Source: Candidatus Tepidifontimicrobium thermophilum (GTDB lineage Bacteria > Sysuimicrobiota > Sysuimicrobiia > Sysuimicrobiales > Sysuimicrobiaceae). Taken from it: 64,000 bases of DNA. Made by a program: the position numbers and the translations under genes. Shown here in pieces: positions 36,782-46,909 of this stretch (position 1 is the stretch's first letter; each line of letters starts with the position of its first letter). The DNA is taken from NCBI GenBank assembly GCA_031459915.1, contig JAVKHO010000010.1, forward strand, positions 42,775 through 106,774, in the 5' to 3' direction. The notes below the pieces were generated by a model, which saw only the letters and a list, made by a program, of their open reading frames with translations, was not told where the DNA came from and did no database searches.

Positions 36782-38353
36782 TTGACGACGGCCGCGGAAG
36801 TCCCGGAACGGTATAACGCCAGCACCCTGCTGGACCGCAACCTCGAACGGGGGCTCGCTCATAAGGTCTGCATCCGCTGGCAGGACGAAGAGATCACCTA
36901 CGGGGAGCTTTACCGCCGGGTGTGCGGCTTCGCCAGGGCCCTGCGCAGCCTGGGCGTGCGGCGGGAGGAGCGGGTGCTGTTGGTGCTGGACGACAGCCCG
37001 GCCTTCCCCGTGGCGTTTTTGGGGGCCATCCGCGCCGGCGCCGTCCCCATCCCCACCAACCCCATGCTGCGGGCGGACGACTACGCGTACTTCCTGCAGG
37101 ACAGCGCCGCCCGGGTGGTGGTCGCTGACCCGGCGCTGCTGCCGGTAGCGCACGAGGCCGCCTCCGGCCTAGCCGAGGCCCCTCAGGTAGTCGTGTCCCG
37201 TGGGAGCGCGGAGGGGGTGCTTAGCCTGGAGGAGCTGGTGGCAGCCCACGCGGGGGAGTTCCCGCCTGCCGACACCCACCGGGACGACATGGCCTTCTGG
37301 CTCTACAGCTCCGGCTCCACGGGCCGGCCCAAGGGGGTCGTGCACCTGCAGCACGACATCCTGTACACCTGCGAGACTTACGCCCGCCACGTCCTGCGCA
37401 TCACCCAGGACGACGTCACCTTCTCCGCTTCCAAGCTGTTCCACGCGTACGGCCTGGGCAACAACCTGAGCTTCCCGTACTGGGCCGGGGCGTCCACGGT
37501 GCTGCGGTCCGGCCGCCCGACTCCGGAGGGGGTGTTGGAGACGATCCAGCGGTACCGGCCCACCCTGTTCTTCGCGGTGCCCACCCTTTACAACGCCATC
37601 CTCAACTACCCCGGAAGCGACCGGTACGACCTCTCCAGCGTACGGCTGTGCGTGTCCGCGGCGGAGGCGCTGCCCGCGGAGATCTTCCACCGGTGGAAGG
37701 ACCGGTTCGGCCTGGTGATCCTGGACGGGGTGGGCAGCACCGAGATGCTGCACATCTACTGCTCCAACACCCCGGACTCGATCCGGCCGGGCTCGTCCGG
37801 CAGACCCGTGCCCGGGTACGAGCTGAAGATCCTCTCTCCGGACACCGGCCAGCCGGTGCCGCCCGGAGAGGTGGGGGACCTGTACGTGAAGGGCGACAGC
37901 GAGCTGGCTCTGTACTGGCACCAGCACGAGAAGACCAAGCGCAGCCTGCACGGGGGCTGGTTCTACACCGGGGACCGCTACCGGGTGGACGAGGACGGGT
38001 TCTACTGGTACGAGGGCCGCAGCGACGACATGATCAAGGTCGGGGGGCTGTGGGTGTCGCCCGTGGAGATCGAGAACACCCTCATCGAGCACCCCGCGGT
38101 GCAGGAGGCCGCGGTGGTGGGCGTTCCCGTGGAAGGGCTCACCCGCATCCGTGCCTTCGTGGTCCTCAAAGCAGGCCAGGCCCCCTCCGACGCCCTGGCG
38201 CAGGCGCTCCAGGAGTGGTGCAAGGACCGGCTGGCGCGGTACAAGTACCCGCACTACGTCACGTTCACCGACGACCTCCCCAAGACCGTGACGGGTAAGA
38301 TCCAGCGGTTCAGGCTGCGGGAAGCAGGGGCTCCGGCTCCCGCGGGGAGCTAA
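36782..38353 (+). CDS. benzoate-CoA ligase family protein
   Basis: AFWLYSSGSTGRPKGVVH, KLFHAYGLGN, DGVGSTEMLHIY and PKTVTGKIQRF motifs; TTG start inferred. Confidence 0.9.
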   Translation: MTTAAEVPERYNASTLLDRNLERGLAHKVCIRWQDEEITYGELYRRVCGFARALRSLGVRREERVLLVLDDSPAFPVAFLGAIRAGAVPIPTNPMLRADDYAYFLQDSAARVVVADPALLPVAHEAASGLAEAPQVVVSRGSAEGVLSLEELVAAHAGEFPPADTHRDDMAFWLYSSGSTGRPKGVVHLQHDILYTCETYARHVLRITQDDVTFSASKLFHAYGLGNNLSFPYWAGASTVLRSGRPTPEGVLETIQRYRPTLFFAVPTLYNAILNYPGSDRYDLSSVRLCVSAAEALPAEIFHRWKDRFGLVILDGVGSTEMLHIYCSNTPDSIRPGSSGRPVPGYELKILSPDTGQPVPPGEVGDLYVKGDSELALYWHQHEKTKRSLHGGWFYTGDRYRVDEDGFYWYEGRSDDMIKVGGLWVSPVEIENTLIEHPAVQEAAVVGVPVEGLTRIRAFVVLKAGQAPSDALAQALQEWCKDRLARYKYPHYVTFTDDLPKTVTGKIQRFRLREAGAPAPAGS

Positions 38354-38479
38354 AAGGGGTCTCGGGGAGGAGAGGCATTTGCACTAGGTTTCCTGGCACA
38401 GGCCGACCATGACGGTGCGGTTGACCGCGTGGTAAGGTACGGGCCAGTGTTCGCGAAGAAGCAAAGGAGGTGGTGGGAC

Positions 38480-39676
38480 GTGCGGGGTCGACGGGTGGTA
38501 GCGGTCTGCGCGGTGGTGCTGGCGGTGGGGCTGGTGGCGAGCCTCGGGGGCGCGCAACAGAGGCCCCTGAAAGTGGCGTTCCTCAGTTCCCTGAGCGGGC
38601 CGTTTGCCTTCTGGGGAGTGAACGCCCGGGACGGGATGCGGATGGCGGTGGCGGAGCTGAACGAGGCGGGCGGGGTCCTGGGCCGGCCCGTGGAGTTCGT
38701 GGAGCGGGACGACCGCAACAACCCCGCGGAGGCCATCAGCGCCTTCCGGTTCCTGGTGGAGCGGGAGGGGATCAGCGCCGCGGGCGCGGTGATCAGCAGC
38801 GACGTGGCGCTCGCGGCCTCCCGGGAGGCGGAGACCCTGCGGGTGCCCCTGTTCCTGACCATGGCCGGCTCCCACGCCATCCTGCGCAAGACCAGCCGGT
38901 TCACCTTCCGGACGTGTCTGGTGGCCGCGCCCATGTACGTGCAGGCCATCGCGGCCATGGTCCAGCACGCTAAGTACGCCCGGGTGGGGAACCTCATCGC
39001 GGACTACGCGTGGGGCCACTCCATCCGGGAGGCCGTGGAGCGGTACGTGGCGGGACTGCCGGGCGTGCGGGTGCAGACGGAGGTGGCGCCGGTGACCGCC
39101 GCGGACTTCACCCCGTACCTGCGGCGGCTGCAGGCCTTCGACCCCCAGCTGCTGGTGATCGCGGGCCACCCGCCCGGCAACCCGGTCATCGTCCGGCAGG
39201 CCGCAGAGCTGGGCATGCGCCAGCAGCTCATCGGCTCCGTGCTGCCGCCCGAGCTCATGGTGCAGCGGGGCGGGGAAGCGGTGTTCAGCCGGTTTTTGGA
39301 CTACTCCTGCGTGGACTTCACCACCCCGGCCTTCCGGCAGCTGGCCGCCAAGTACTACAGCCTGTACAAGCGGTACTTCGACAACAGCGCGTTTTCCGGT
39401 TACGTGATCGTGAAGATGGTGGCGGACGCGGCGAAGAAAGCGGGCAGCACGGACCCGCGGGCCGTCGCGGACGTGATCCGCAAGGGCCGGTTCGTGCAGC
39501 CGGGCTACGCTTTCCCTCACTCGTACACCGAGTGGGGCGAACTGAAGGAGGCGCGGATCGTGTTCTTCACCATCGAGCGGGGCGAGGTCCCGGGCGGGGT
39601 GTGCCCGGGCTGCGGCTGGGCGCAGAAGTACCAGTTCCGCAGCACCCTCCTGCAGCCGTATGTCCCGGCCGAGTGA
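38480..39676 (+). CDS. Liv-type ABC transporter substrate-binding protein
   Basis: Signal peptide, LSGPFAFWG and ELNEAGGVLGRPVE. Confidence 0.88.
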   Translation: MRGRRVVAVCAVVLAVGLVASLGGAQQRPLKVAFLSSLSGPFAFWGVNARDGMRMAVAELNEAGGVLGRPVEFVERDDRNNPAEAISAFRFLVEREGISAAGAVISSDVALAASREAETLRVPLFLTMAGSHAILRKTSRFTFRTCLVAAPMYVQAIAAMVQHAKYARVGNLIADYAWGHSIREAVERYVAGLPGVRVQTEVAPVTAADFTPYLRRLQAFDPQLLVIAGHPPGNPVIVRQAAELGMRQQLIGSVLPPELMVQRGGEAVFSRFLDYSCVDFTTPAFRQLAAKYYSLYKRYFDNSAFSGYVIVKMVADAAKKAGSTDPRAVADVIRKGRFVQPGYAFPHSYTEWGELKEARIVFFTIERGEVPGGVCPGCGWAQKYQFRSTLLQPYVPAE

Positions 39677-40424
39677 GCCTGTCCTCCGGTGCCGCGGCAT
39701 CACCAAGCGGTTCGGGGGGGTGGTGGCTCTCCGGGACGTGACGCTGGAGGTGGAGCCGAAAGCCCTGGTGGGGCTGATTGGCCCCAACGGGGCAGGCAAG
39801 AGCACCCTGCTGAACGTGGTGTGCGGCTTGACCCGTCCGGACTCCGGGACCGTGGAGCTGGACGGCCGGCCCGTCACGGGTCTGCCGGCCCACGCGGTGG
39901 CCCGGCGCGGGGTGGGCCGCGTGCTGCAGATCCCTCGTCTATTCCCCAGCCTGACGGTGGAGGAGACCGTGCGGGTGGGTGCGCTGTTCGGCTCCCCTGA
40001 CTCCCCCGGGCCTGCGCAGACCGCCCGGCGGGTCGACGAAGCCCTGGAGCTGGTGGAGCTCAGGGACCGCAGGACCGAGCCCGTGGGCCGGCTCAACACG
40101 CAGGAAAAGCGCCTGGTGGACCTGGCGCGGGCGCTGGCGGGCCAGCCCAAGCTCCTCCTGGTGGACGAGCTGATGAGCGGGCTCAACCCCGTGGAGATCC
40201 AGCGCTGCACGGCCCTGCTGCGCCGGGTGCGGGAGGAGCGGGGTGCGGCCATCCTGTGGGTGGAGCACGTTATGGACGCGGTGCTGGGCACGGTGGAACG
40301 GGTGGTGGTGCTGGACCACGGGGCGGTGATCGCCCAGGGCCCGCCCGCGCAGGTGGCGAAGGACCCCGCGGTGGTGGAGGCTTACCTGGGAGTAGACTTC
40401 CACGCGGCGGAGGTGGCGGGCTAG
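39660..40424 (+). CDS. Liv-type ABC transporter ATP-binding protein (LivG-like)
   Basis: GPNGAGKST, LLVDE and VEH motifs. Confidence 0.9.
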   Translation: MSRPSEPVLRCRGITKRFGGVVALRDVTLEVEPKALVGLIGPNGAGKSTLLNVVCGLTRPDSGTVELDGRPVTGLPAHAVARRGVGRVLQIPRLFPSLTVEETVRVGALFGSPDSPGPAQTARRVDEALELVELRDRRTEPVGRLNTQEKRLVDLARALAGQPKLLLVDELMSGLNPVEIQRCTALLRRVREERGAAILWVEHVMDAVLGTVERVVVLDHGAVIAQGPPAQVAKDPAVVEAYLGVDFHAAEVAG

Positions 40425-40427
40425 CCC

Positions 40428-41129
40428 ATGCTGGAAGTCCAGGACCTGTGGGCGGGCTACGACGACGTGGCGGTGGTGCGCGGGGTCAGCCTGCGGGTGG
40501 CCGACGGGGAGGCCATCGCGGTGCTGGGCCCCAACGGCGCGGGCAAGACTACCCTGTTCCGCTCCCTGGTGGGCCTGGTGCGGCCCCAGAAGGGCTCCGT
40601 GCGTTTCGAGGGTCGGCCCCTACACGGCCTCCGGCCCCACGAGGTGGTCCGCCAGGGCGTGGCGTACGTGGCCGCGGAGCGGGAGCTGTTCCCCCAGCTG
40701 ACCGTGCTGGAGAACCTGGAGCTGGGCGCGTACGCGCGCCCGGAGGGCGCGCGTCAGCGTCTCGAGATGGTGTTCGACCTGTTCCCCCGGCTTGCGGAGC
40801 GCAAGGGACAGCGCGCGGGGACCCTGTCCGGAGGCGAGCAGCAGATGCTGGCCATCGCGCGGGCGCTGATGGCGCAGCCGAAGCTGCTGCTGCTGGACGA
40901 GCCGTCCACCGGGCTGGCACCGAGGCTGGTGGCGGAGCTGTACCGGAGGCTCGAGACCCTCCGGCGGCAGGGGGTCACCATCCTGCTGGCCGAGCAGCAG
41001 GTGGGCGCGGCCCTGGGGCTGTGCTCCCGCGTGTACGTGCTGAAGGACGGGGGCGTGGCGTTTGAAGGGGAGGCCGCGGACCTGCGGGGCAGCGCGCAGC
41101 TGCGTGTGGCGTACCTCGGGGGGACGTAG
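40428..41129 (+). CDS. Liv-type ABC transporter ATP-binding protein (LivF-like)
   Basis: GPNGAGKTT, LSGGEQQM and LLDEPS motifs. Confidence 0.92.
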   Translation: MLEVQDLWAGYDDVAVVRGVSLRVADGEAIAVLGPNGAGKTTLFRSLVGLVRPQKGSVRFEGRPLHGLRPHEVVRQGVAYVAAERELFPQLTVLENLELGAYARPEGARQRLEMVFDLFPRLAERKGQRAGTLSGGEQQMLAIARALMAQPKLLLLDEPSTGLAPRLVAELYRRLETLRRQGVTILLAEQQVGAALGLCSRVYVLKDGGVAFEGEAADLRGSAQLRVAYLGGT

Positions 41130-41131
41130 CG

Positions 41132-41986
41132 GTGGGCGTGGTCCTGGACGGGCTGGTGCTGGGGCTGCAGCTGGCGCTGCTGTCGGTGGGGGTCGTGTTC
41201 GTGTACGGCCTGGGCGGCGTGCTGAACCTGGCCCACGGGCAGGTGGCGGTGGCCGGAGGCCTGGTGGCAGCCCTGCTCCTGCAGGCGAGGGTGAACCCGG
41301 TATTGAGCGGGCTCGGAGGCGTGGTGGCTGCGGGTGTGGTGGCCCTCCTCCTGGACCGCACCCTGCTGCAGCCCGCGTACCGCCGCAGGGGCGAGGAGCG
41401 GCTGCTGCTGGCCCTCATCCTGACCCTGGGCACGTCCTTTGCCCTGGACGGTTTCTTCACCTTCCGCTACCCGAACGTGGCCCTGAGCCTGCGGCTACCT
41501 GCGCCGTCGGTGGAGGTGGGCGGGATCACCGTGCGTACCGCCAGCCTCGTGGTGGGAGCCCTGTCCCTAGCGACCTTCGGGCTGCTGCTGGTGTTCCTGA
41601 AGGGCACCCGGTTAGGCAAGGCCATCCGCTGCATCATCCAGAACGAGGCCGGGGCGTGGCTGTGCGGCGTGGACGTGGATCGGGCGCGGACCGTTACCCT
41701 GTTCCTGAGCGGCGTGCTGGCAGGGGTCGCGGCGCTGGGACAGGGGTTCTTCTCGTACCTGGGACCCGACATGGGGCCGGAGTTCACCATCCTGGCCCTG
41801 ATCGTGGCGGTGGTGGGAGGCGTGCGTAGCCTCACCGGCACGTTCCTGGCGAGCCTGCTTTTGGGGATGGTGAACGCCGCGCTGAGCTACTGGGTCGGCA
41901 CCTACCTCACCTGGATCGCCCTCCTGGCGGTGGCGGTGGCCACTCTGCTGGTGCGTCCGGAGGGCCTGCTGGCGTACTGGCCATGA
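41132..41986 (+). CDS. Liv-type ABC transporter permease (LivH-like)
   Basis: Hydrophobic; NLAHG, TRLGKAIR and VRPEGL motifs. Confidence 0.88.
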   Translation: MGVVLDGLVLGLQLALLSVGVVFVYGLGGVLNLAHGQVAVAGGLVAALLLQARVNPVLSGLGGVVAAGVVALLLDRTLLQPAYRRRGEERLLLALILTLGTSFALDGFFTFRYPNVALSLRLPAPSVEVGGITVRTASLVVGALSLATFGLLLVFLKGTRLGKAIRCIIQNEAGAWLCGVDVDRARTVTLFLSGVLAGVAALGQGFFSYLGPDMGPEFTILALIVAVVGGVRSLTGTFLASLLLGMVNAALSYWVGTYLTWIALLAVAVATLLVRPEGLLAYWP

Positions 41987-43002
41987 GCGTACCGTGGACC
42001 CGGCAGGCGGCCCCTGTCGTCGCGGTGGCGGCGGTGCTGGCCGCCGTGCCCCTGGGGGTGGGCGACAGCCCGTACCAGATGCGGATCGCCACCCTGATGC
42101 TGGTCCTGGCCTGCTATGCGGTAGCGTTCAACCTGCTGTTCGGACACACCAACCAGCTGTTCCTGTGCGTGGGCGCCCTGGCGAGCCTGGGCGGCTACCT
42201 GTCGGTGATCCTGGTGCGGGACCTGAAGCTAGCGAGCCTGGCCGCGGTGGGGCTGGCCACGGTAGCCGCGGCCGCCACAGGGGGCTTCTTGAGCTACGTG
42301 AGCGTGCGGCGCGGCTTCGGGGTGCTGTTCGTGGGGATCGTCACCCTGGCGGTCTCCCTGATCGTGCACAACCTCCTGCTGGGCCTGCGGGACCTGACCA
42401 ACGGCGAGACCGGCATCGTGACCCGCGGGCTTGGGATGGGGCTCGGCGACCACCCGCTTAAGGCCTACTACGTCCTGCTGGCCGTGATGGTGGCCTCCCT
42501 TGCGGCCTACCGGTGGCTGTTCGGCTCTCGGCACGGTGCGGCCCTGCACGCCCTCAGCGAGGACGAGGTCAGCGCGGAGCTTTCGGGCATCGACGTGACG
42601 CGGTACAAGGTGGCCTGCGCGGCGGGTGCGTCGGCCCTGGTGGGCCTGGTGGGGGCCCTGTACGCGGACCTGAACGGGTTCATCAGCCCGTCGGTGTACG
42701 CGGTGGGGCACGTGGACATCCCGGTGCTGGTCGCCCTCCTCCTCGGCGGGATGCGGACCCTGCTGGGGCCCGTGGTGGGCGCGGCTCTGTTCAGCTTGGT
42801 GGACGAACTAGTGCGGCCCTTCGGTCAGCTGACGGTCCTGGCCTACGGCGTCCTGCTGGTGGCGCTGTTCCTGCTGTTCCGGCAGGGGGTCGTCCCGGTG
42901 GTTCAGAGCGCCCTGGGCCGACGCGTGCCGGCGCTGCGGGCCCCGAGCTCCCGGACAGCCGCCAAGGAGGAGGTGGCGGGTGGGACCGAGGCCGGACGGT
43001 AA
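41983..43002 (+). CDS. Liv-type ABC transporter permease (LivM-like)
   Basis: Hydrophobic; TNGETG and LGGMRTLLGPVVGA motifs. Confidence 0.88.
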   Translation: MSVPWTRQAAPVVAVAAVLAAVPLGVGDSPYQMRIATLMLVLACYAVAFNLLFGHTNQLFLCVGALASLGGYLSVILVRDLKLASLAAVGLATVAAAATGGFLSYVSVRRGFGVLFVGIVTLAVSLIVHNLLLGLRDLTNGETGIVTRGLGMGLGDHPLKAYYVLLAVMVASLAAYRWLFGSRHGAALHALSEDEVSAELSGIDVTRYKVACAAGASALVGLVGALYADLNGFISPSVYAVGHVDIPVLVALLLGGMRTLLGPVVGAALFSLVDELVRPFGQLTVLAYGVLLVALFLLFRQGVVPVVQSALGRRVPALRAPSSRTAAKEEVAGGTEAGR

Positions 43003-43906
43003 GCTGGTCCCGCTCCGGGAGGCCATCTCCCGCTTCGTCCCCGAGGGCGCCACCGTGGTCATGGGCACGTGCCTGGAGAGCCTCATCCCCTTCGCTGCGG
43101 GGCACGAGATCATCCGGCAGCGCAGGCGTGACCTGACCCTGGTGGGCCCCATCTCCGACGTGCTCTTTGACCAGCTCATCGGTGCCGGGTGCGTGGCCCG
43201 CGTGGTGGCCGCGTGGGTGGGCAACGTGTCCGCGGGGCTGGGCCACGCGTACCGGCGCGCCACGGAGCACGGGATCCCGCGGCCCGTGGAGGTGGTGGAC
43301 ACCTCCAACTTCGCCGTGGCCCTGGCGCTGATGGCGGGCGCCCTGGGAGTGCCGTACCTGCCCACCCGGTCGCTTTTGGGCAGCGACGTCCCCCGCCACG
43401 CGGAGGCCTTCCGCTTCTCGGAAGACCCCTGGAGCGGCGAACCCCTCCTGCTGGTGCGCGCCATCCAGCCGGACGTGGCCATCCTGGCGGTGCAGCGGTC
43501 CGACCCGGACGGCAACGCCCACCTGTGGGGCAACCTGGGCGTGACGGAGGAGGCGGCTTTGGCCTCCCGGCACGTGGTGCTCCTCGCAGAGGAGGTGGTG
43601 GACCCCGAGGTGATCCGCAGCGACCCCAACCGTGTCCTGCTGCCCGGGTTCAAGGTGTCCGCGGTGGTGCACTGCCCGGGCGGCTGCCACCCCTCACCCG
43701 TTCCGGGCTACTACCGCAGGGACCACGCCTTCTACGAGGAGTACCACCGGGCCACCCGGACGGAGGAGGGCTTCCGGGAGTGGCTGCGCACCTGGGTCCT
43801 GGAGGTGCCCGACCGGCAGGCCTACCTGGAGCGGCTGGGGCCGCGGTGGGAGGCCCTGCGACGGCTCCAGCCGGCGCCCGCAGCTCCGGTGGACTACGCG
43901 TGGTGA
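42980..43906 (+). CDS. family I CoA-transferase subunit A (GctA-like)
   Basis: PFAAGHEIIRQ..DQLIGAG..SLLGSD..GCHPS..GYY. Confidence 0.85.
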   Translation: MGPRPDGKLVPLREAISRFVPEGATVVMGTCLESLIPFAAGHEIIRQRRRDLTLVGPISDVLFDQLIGAGCVARVVAAWVGNVSAGLGHAYRRATEHGIPRPVEVVDTSNFAVALALMAGALGVPYLPTRSLLGSDVPRHAEAFRFSEDPWSGEPLLLVRAIQPDVAILAVQRSDPDGNAHLWGNLGVTEEAALASRHVVLLAEEVVDPEVIRSDPNRVLLPGFKVSAVVHCPGGCHPSPVPGYYRRDHAFYEEYHRATRTEEGFREWLRTWVLEVPDRQAYLERLGPRWEALRRLQPAPAAPVDYAW

Positions 43907-44697
43907 CCGACGTGGCGGACTGGACCGTGGGCGAGCTGATGGTGGTGGCCGCGTCCCGGGAGATCCGGGACGGCGAGGTGGTCTTCGTGGGCATGCGTCT
44001 TCCCCTGCTGGCCTACTGCGTGGCCAAGCGGCTGCACGCGCCCCGGTCCGTGGGGGTCTTCGAGAACGGCATCGTCCGGGACGTGCCGACCCCACAGCTC
44101 CTGTACACCATGTCCGACACCCCCAACGTCGTGGGTGCGGTGTGGTGCACCCGCATGGCCAACGTCATGGGCCTGCTGCAGCGGGGGGACGTGGACGTAG
44201 GCTTTATCGGCGGTGCCCAGGTGGACCGCTTCGGGAACGTGAACAGCTCGTACATCGGGGACCCCCACCGCCCCCAGGTGAAACTTCCGGGCAGCGGGGG
44301 CGCCGCAGACATCGCGTCCCTGGCGAAGCGCCTGGTGGTGATCCTGCCCCACGGGCGGCACCGCCTGGTCGAGCGGGTGGACTTCCGGACTTCCCCCGGC
44401 TATGGCGACGGGCCCGGGTGGCGGCAGCGGGTGGGGCTTCCCCGCGGCGGGCCCAGTGCGGTCATCACCGACCGGGCCGTCTTCCGGTTCGACCCGCAGA
44501 CGTGTGAAGCGGTGCTGCACCACTGGCACCCAGGGCAGTCCCTGCAGGACGTTCTGGAGAACACCGGGTGGCCCGTGCGGGTGGCGGACGGCGCCAGCCC
44601 CACACCGGAGCCGTCCGAGGAGGAGCTGGGAGTGCTGCGGGAGTACGACCCGGAGGGGGTGTGGACCGGGAACCGGAACCGGTCAGACCGGCCTTAG
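43903..44697 (+). CDS. family I CoA-transferase subunit B (GctB-like)
   Basis: VFVGMRLP, FENG (catalytic Glu), AQVDRFGNVN and LPGSGGAADI motifs. Confidence 0.87.
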   Translation: MTDVADWTVGELMVVAASREIRDGEVVFVGMRLPLLAYCVAKRLHAPRSVGVFENGIVRDVPTPQLLYTMSDTPNVVGAVWCTRMANVMGLLQRGDVDVGFIGGAQVDRFGNVNSSYIGDPHRPQVKLPGSGGAADIASLAKRLVVILPHGRHRLVERVDFRTSPGYGDGPGWRQRVGLPRGGPSAVITDRAVFRFDPQTCEAVLHHWHPGQSLQDVLENTGWPVRVADGASPTPEPSEEELGVLREYDPEGVWTGNRNRSDRP

Positions 44698-44722
44698 AAC
44701 CAACAACGGGGAGGTGAGGAGC

Positions 44723-46003
44723 GTGGTCGGCTGGCGTGTGGCGTTAGCGATCCCCTTGGTCGTGATGGTGGCGTTGCTGCTCGGGCCGGCGGCGGGAGGT
44801 GCGCCCGTAGAGCCCGTCGTCCTGGGCGTGCCCACCGCCCTGGGCTCCATCGAGGGCGCGGACTCCCTGCGGGCGGTCCAGCTGGCGGTGGACGAGATCA
44901 ACGCCCGGGGCGGGGTCCGGGTCGGAGGGGTCCGGCGGCCGCTGCAGGTGGTCTCCATCGACACGCGGGAGCACGAGCCGGGCATCCCCATCCACGACGC
45001 CCTCGCAGCCCTGGAGAAGCTCATCACGGAGCGGCGGCCCCACGCCATCGTGGTCGGGGCCTTCCGCTCGGAGGTGCTCCTGGCGGCCATGGACGTGGTG
45101 GCCCGCTACCGGGTGCCGTACGTGGTCACCATCGCCATGACGCCTGCCTTTGAGGCGCGGATCGCCAGTGACCCTGCCAAGTACAAGTACCTGTTCCGCA
45201 TGGGGCTGCAGAGCGAGTACTTCGCCGGAAACCTGGCCCGGGTCCTGGGGTTCGTCAAGTCCCGTTTCGGGCTGTCGCGGGTGCAGTTCGTGCACCAGGA
45301 CGTCCTGTGGGCCAAGGGCACCGTGGGGTTCCTGGAAACGTGGGCACGGCAGGCGGGGTGGAGTTTGGTCTCCGCGGACGCCTACCCCACGGGAGCCACC
45401 GACTTCTCCGCCAGCGTGCTCCGGGCCCGCACGGGCCGCACGCAGGTGCTGGTGCCCGTGTTCGACATGCCGCAGTCCGGCATCCTGCTCAAGCAGGTCA
45501 AAGGAGCGCGCCTGCCCGCGTTGGTCCTGGGGTTCATCAGCCCCGCGGTCCCCGCGGACGCGTGGCAGACCTTCGAGGGCGCGGTGGACGGGATGGTGCA
45601 GTTCGTGGCCGAGCCCGGGCCCATCGCCATCCGGGCGCTGCCCAAGTCCGTCCACTTCAACCGCGCCTACGGGGAGAAGTACGGGGAAGCGGCACGGCTC
45701 AAGCTCAGCGGCCACGGCCCCGGTCCCTCCTACGACGCGGTGTACGTGGTGGCCGCGGCCATGGAGCGGGCGGGTACCCTGGACCCGGACCGGGTGGCGG
45801 AGGAGATCCGGAAGACGGATATGGAAGGCGCCATCGGCCGGATCCGCTTCAACGACCGGCACCAGGTGGTCTACGGCGGCCTGCCCACGCAGACCGCCAT
45901 CAGCCTGGCGTTCCAGTGGCGCGCGCCCGGCCGGCGGGTGGTGGTGTTCCCGGAGATGGCCGCGGAGGACGAGATCCGGCTGCCCGCGGAGATCGCACGC
46001 TAG
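44723..46003 (+). CDS. Liv-type ABC transporter substrate-binding protein
   Basis: Signal peptide, LAVDEINARGGV, GAFRSE and YDAVYV motifs. Confidence 0.88.
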   Translation: MVGWRVALAIPLVVMVALLLGPAAGGAPVEPVVLGVPTALGSIEGADSLRAVQLAVDEINARGGVRVGGVRRPLQVVSIDTREHEPGIPIHDALAALEKLITERRPHAIVVGAFRSEVLLAAMDVVARYRVPYVVTIAMTPAFEARIASDPAKYKYLFRMGLQSEYFAGNLARVLGFVKSRFGLSRVQFVHQDVLWAKGTVGFLETWARQAGWSLVSADAYPTGATDFSASVLRARTGRTQVLVPVFDMPQSGILLKQVKGARLPALVLGFISPAVPADAWQTFEGAVDGMVQFVAEPGPIAIRALPKSVHFNRAYGEKYGEAARLKLSGHGPGPSYDAVYVVAAAMERAGTLDPDRVAEEIRKTDMEGAIGRIRFNDRHQVVYGGLPTQTAISLAFQWRAPGRRVVVFPEMAAEDEIRLPAEIAR

Positions 46004-46030
46004 CCCGGCGCGGGAAAGCCTCGCGCGGGG

Positions 46031-46909
46031 ATGCCCGAGCTCCTGACGGTCCTGGTGTACGGGCTGGTGCAGGCCGCCGTGCTGCTGCTGGTGGCCCTGG
46101 GGTTTAGTGTGACCTTCGGGCTGTCGGGCATCCCCAACTTCTCCCACGGCGGGGTCTACATCCTGTCCGGATTTGTGTGCTGGTTTTCGCTGCGGAAGCT
46201 GGGCTGGCCGTACCCGCTGGCGGTGGCCGCCAGCGTGGCGGTGGCGGCCACAGTAGGCCTGCTGGTCTACGCGGCTGTGATCCGGCCCGTACGCCGGCTG
46301 GTCCTGGCGGAGGTCATCGCCACCTTCGCGGTGGGGGTGGCCATGCTGGAGCTGTTCCGCTGGATGGGGCTGGTGACCTACGAGTTCAACCTGCCCGCGG
46401 TGGTGGCGGGCTCCGTGGCTCTGGGAGACGTGGTGGTGGACGCGCACCGCCTGGTGGTGGTGGCCAGCGCGGCGGGACTCGGGCTCGCCCTGTGGTGGTT
46501 CGGCCGCGCCACCCGCACCGGCCTGGCCCTGCGGGCCATGGCGCAGGAGGAGTACACCGCGCTCAGCCTGGGCATCCGGGAAGACCGCATGGCAGCTTTG
46601 AGCGTGGTCCTCGGCAGCGCCCTGGCCGCGGTGGCGGCGGTCCTGGTGCTCCCCCTGGGTCTGATCTCCATCAACCTGGGCTACGACGCCATGCTGGTGG
46701 CCCTCGCGGTCACCGTGACGGGCGGTACAGAGCGCACCGCGGGGCTGGTACTGGCCGCGCTGCTGCTGGGCCTGTCCACGGTGGTGGCCGGCGTTCTGAT
46801 CGGGCCCCACTGGAGCGAGGTGGTGTACCTGGCTGCCATCGTGGCGGTGCTGGCGGTGCGTCCGTCAGGGATCCTCGGCCGGCTGAAGGAGCTGGAGGAG
46901 CGGGTTTGA
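46031..46909 (+). CDS. Liv-type ABC permease (LivH-like)
   Basis: NFSHG, TRTGLALRA and VRPSGILG motifs. Confidence 0.88.
   Translation: MPELLTVLVYGLVQAAVLLLVALGFSVTFGLSGIPNFSHGGVYILSGFVCWFSLRKLGWPYPLAVAASVAVAATVGLLVYAAVIRPVRRLVLAEVIATFAVGVAMLELFRWMGLVTYEFNLPAVVAGSVALGDVVVDAHRLVVVASAAGLGLALWWFGRATRTGLALRAMAQEEYTALSLGIREDRMAALSVVLGSALAAVAAVLVLPLGLISINLGYDAMLVALAVTVTGGTERTAGLVLAALLLGLSTVVAGVLIGPHWSEVVYLAAIVAVLAVRPSGILGRLKELEERV

Noticed and set aside
30352..38410. Sigma-54 promoters at TGGCAC (30352 and ~38394)
   Set aside because: No correctly spaced TTGC -12 element and no enhancer-binding protein nearby
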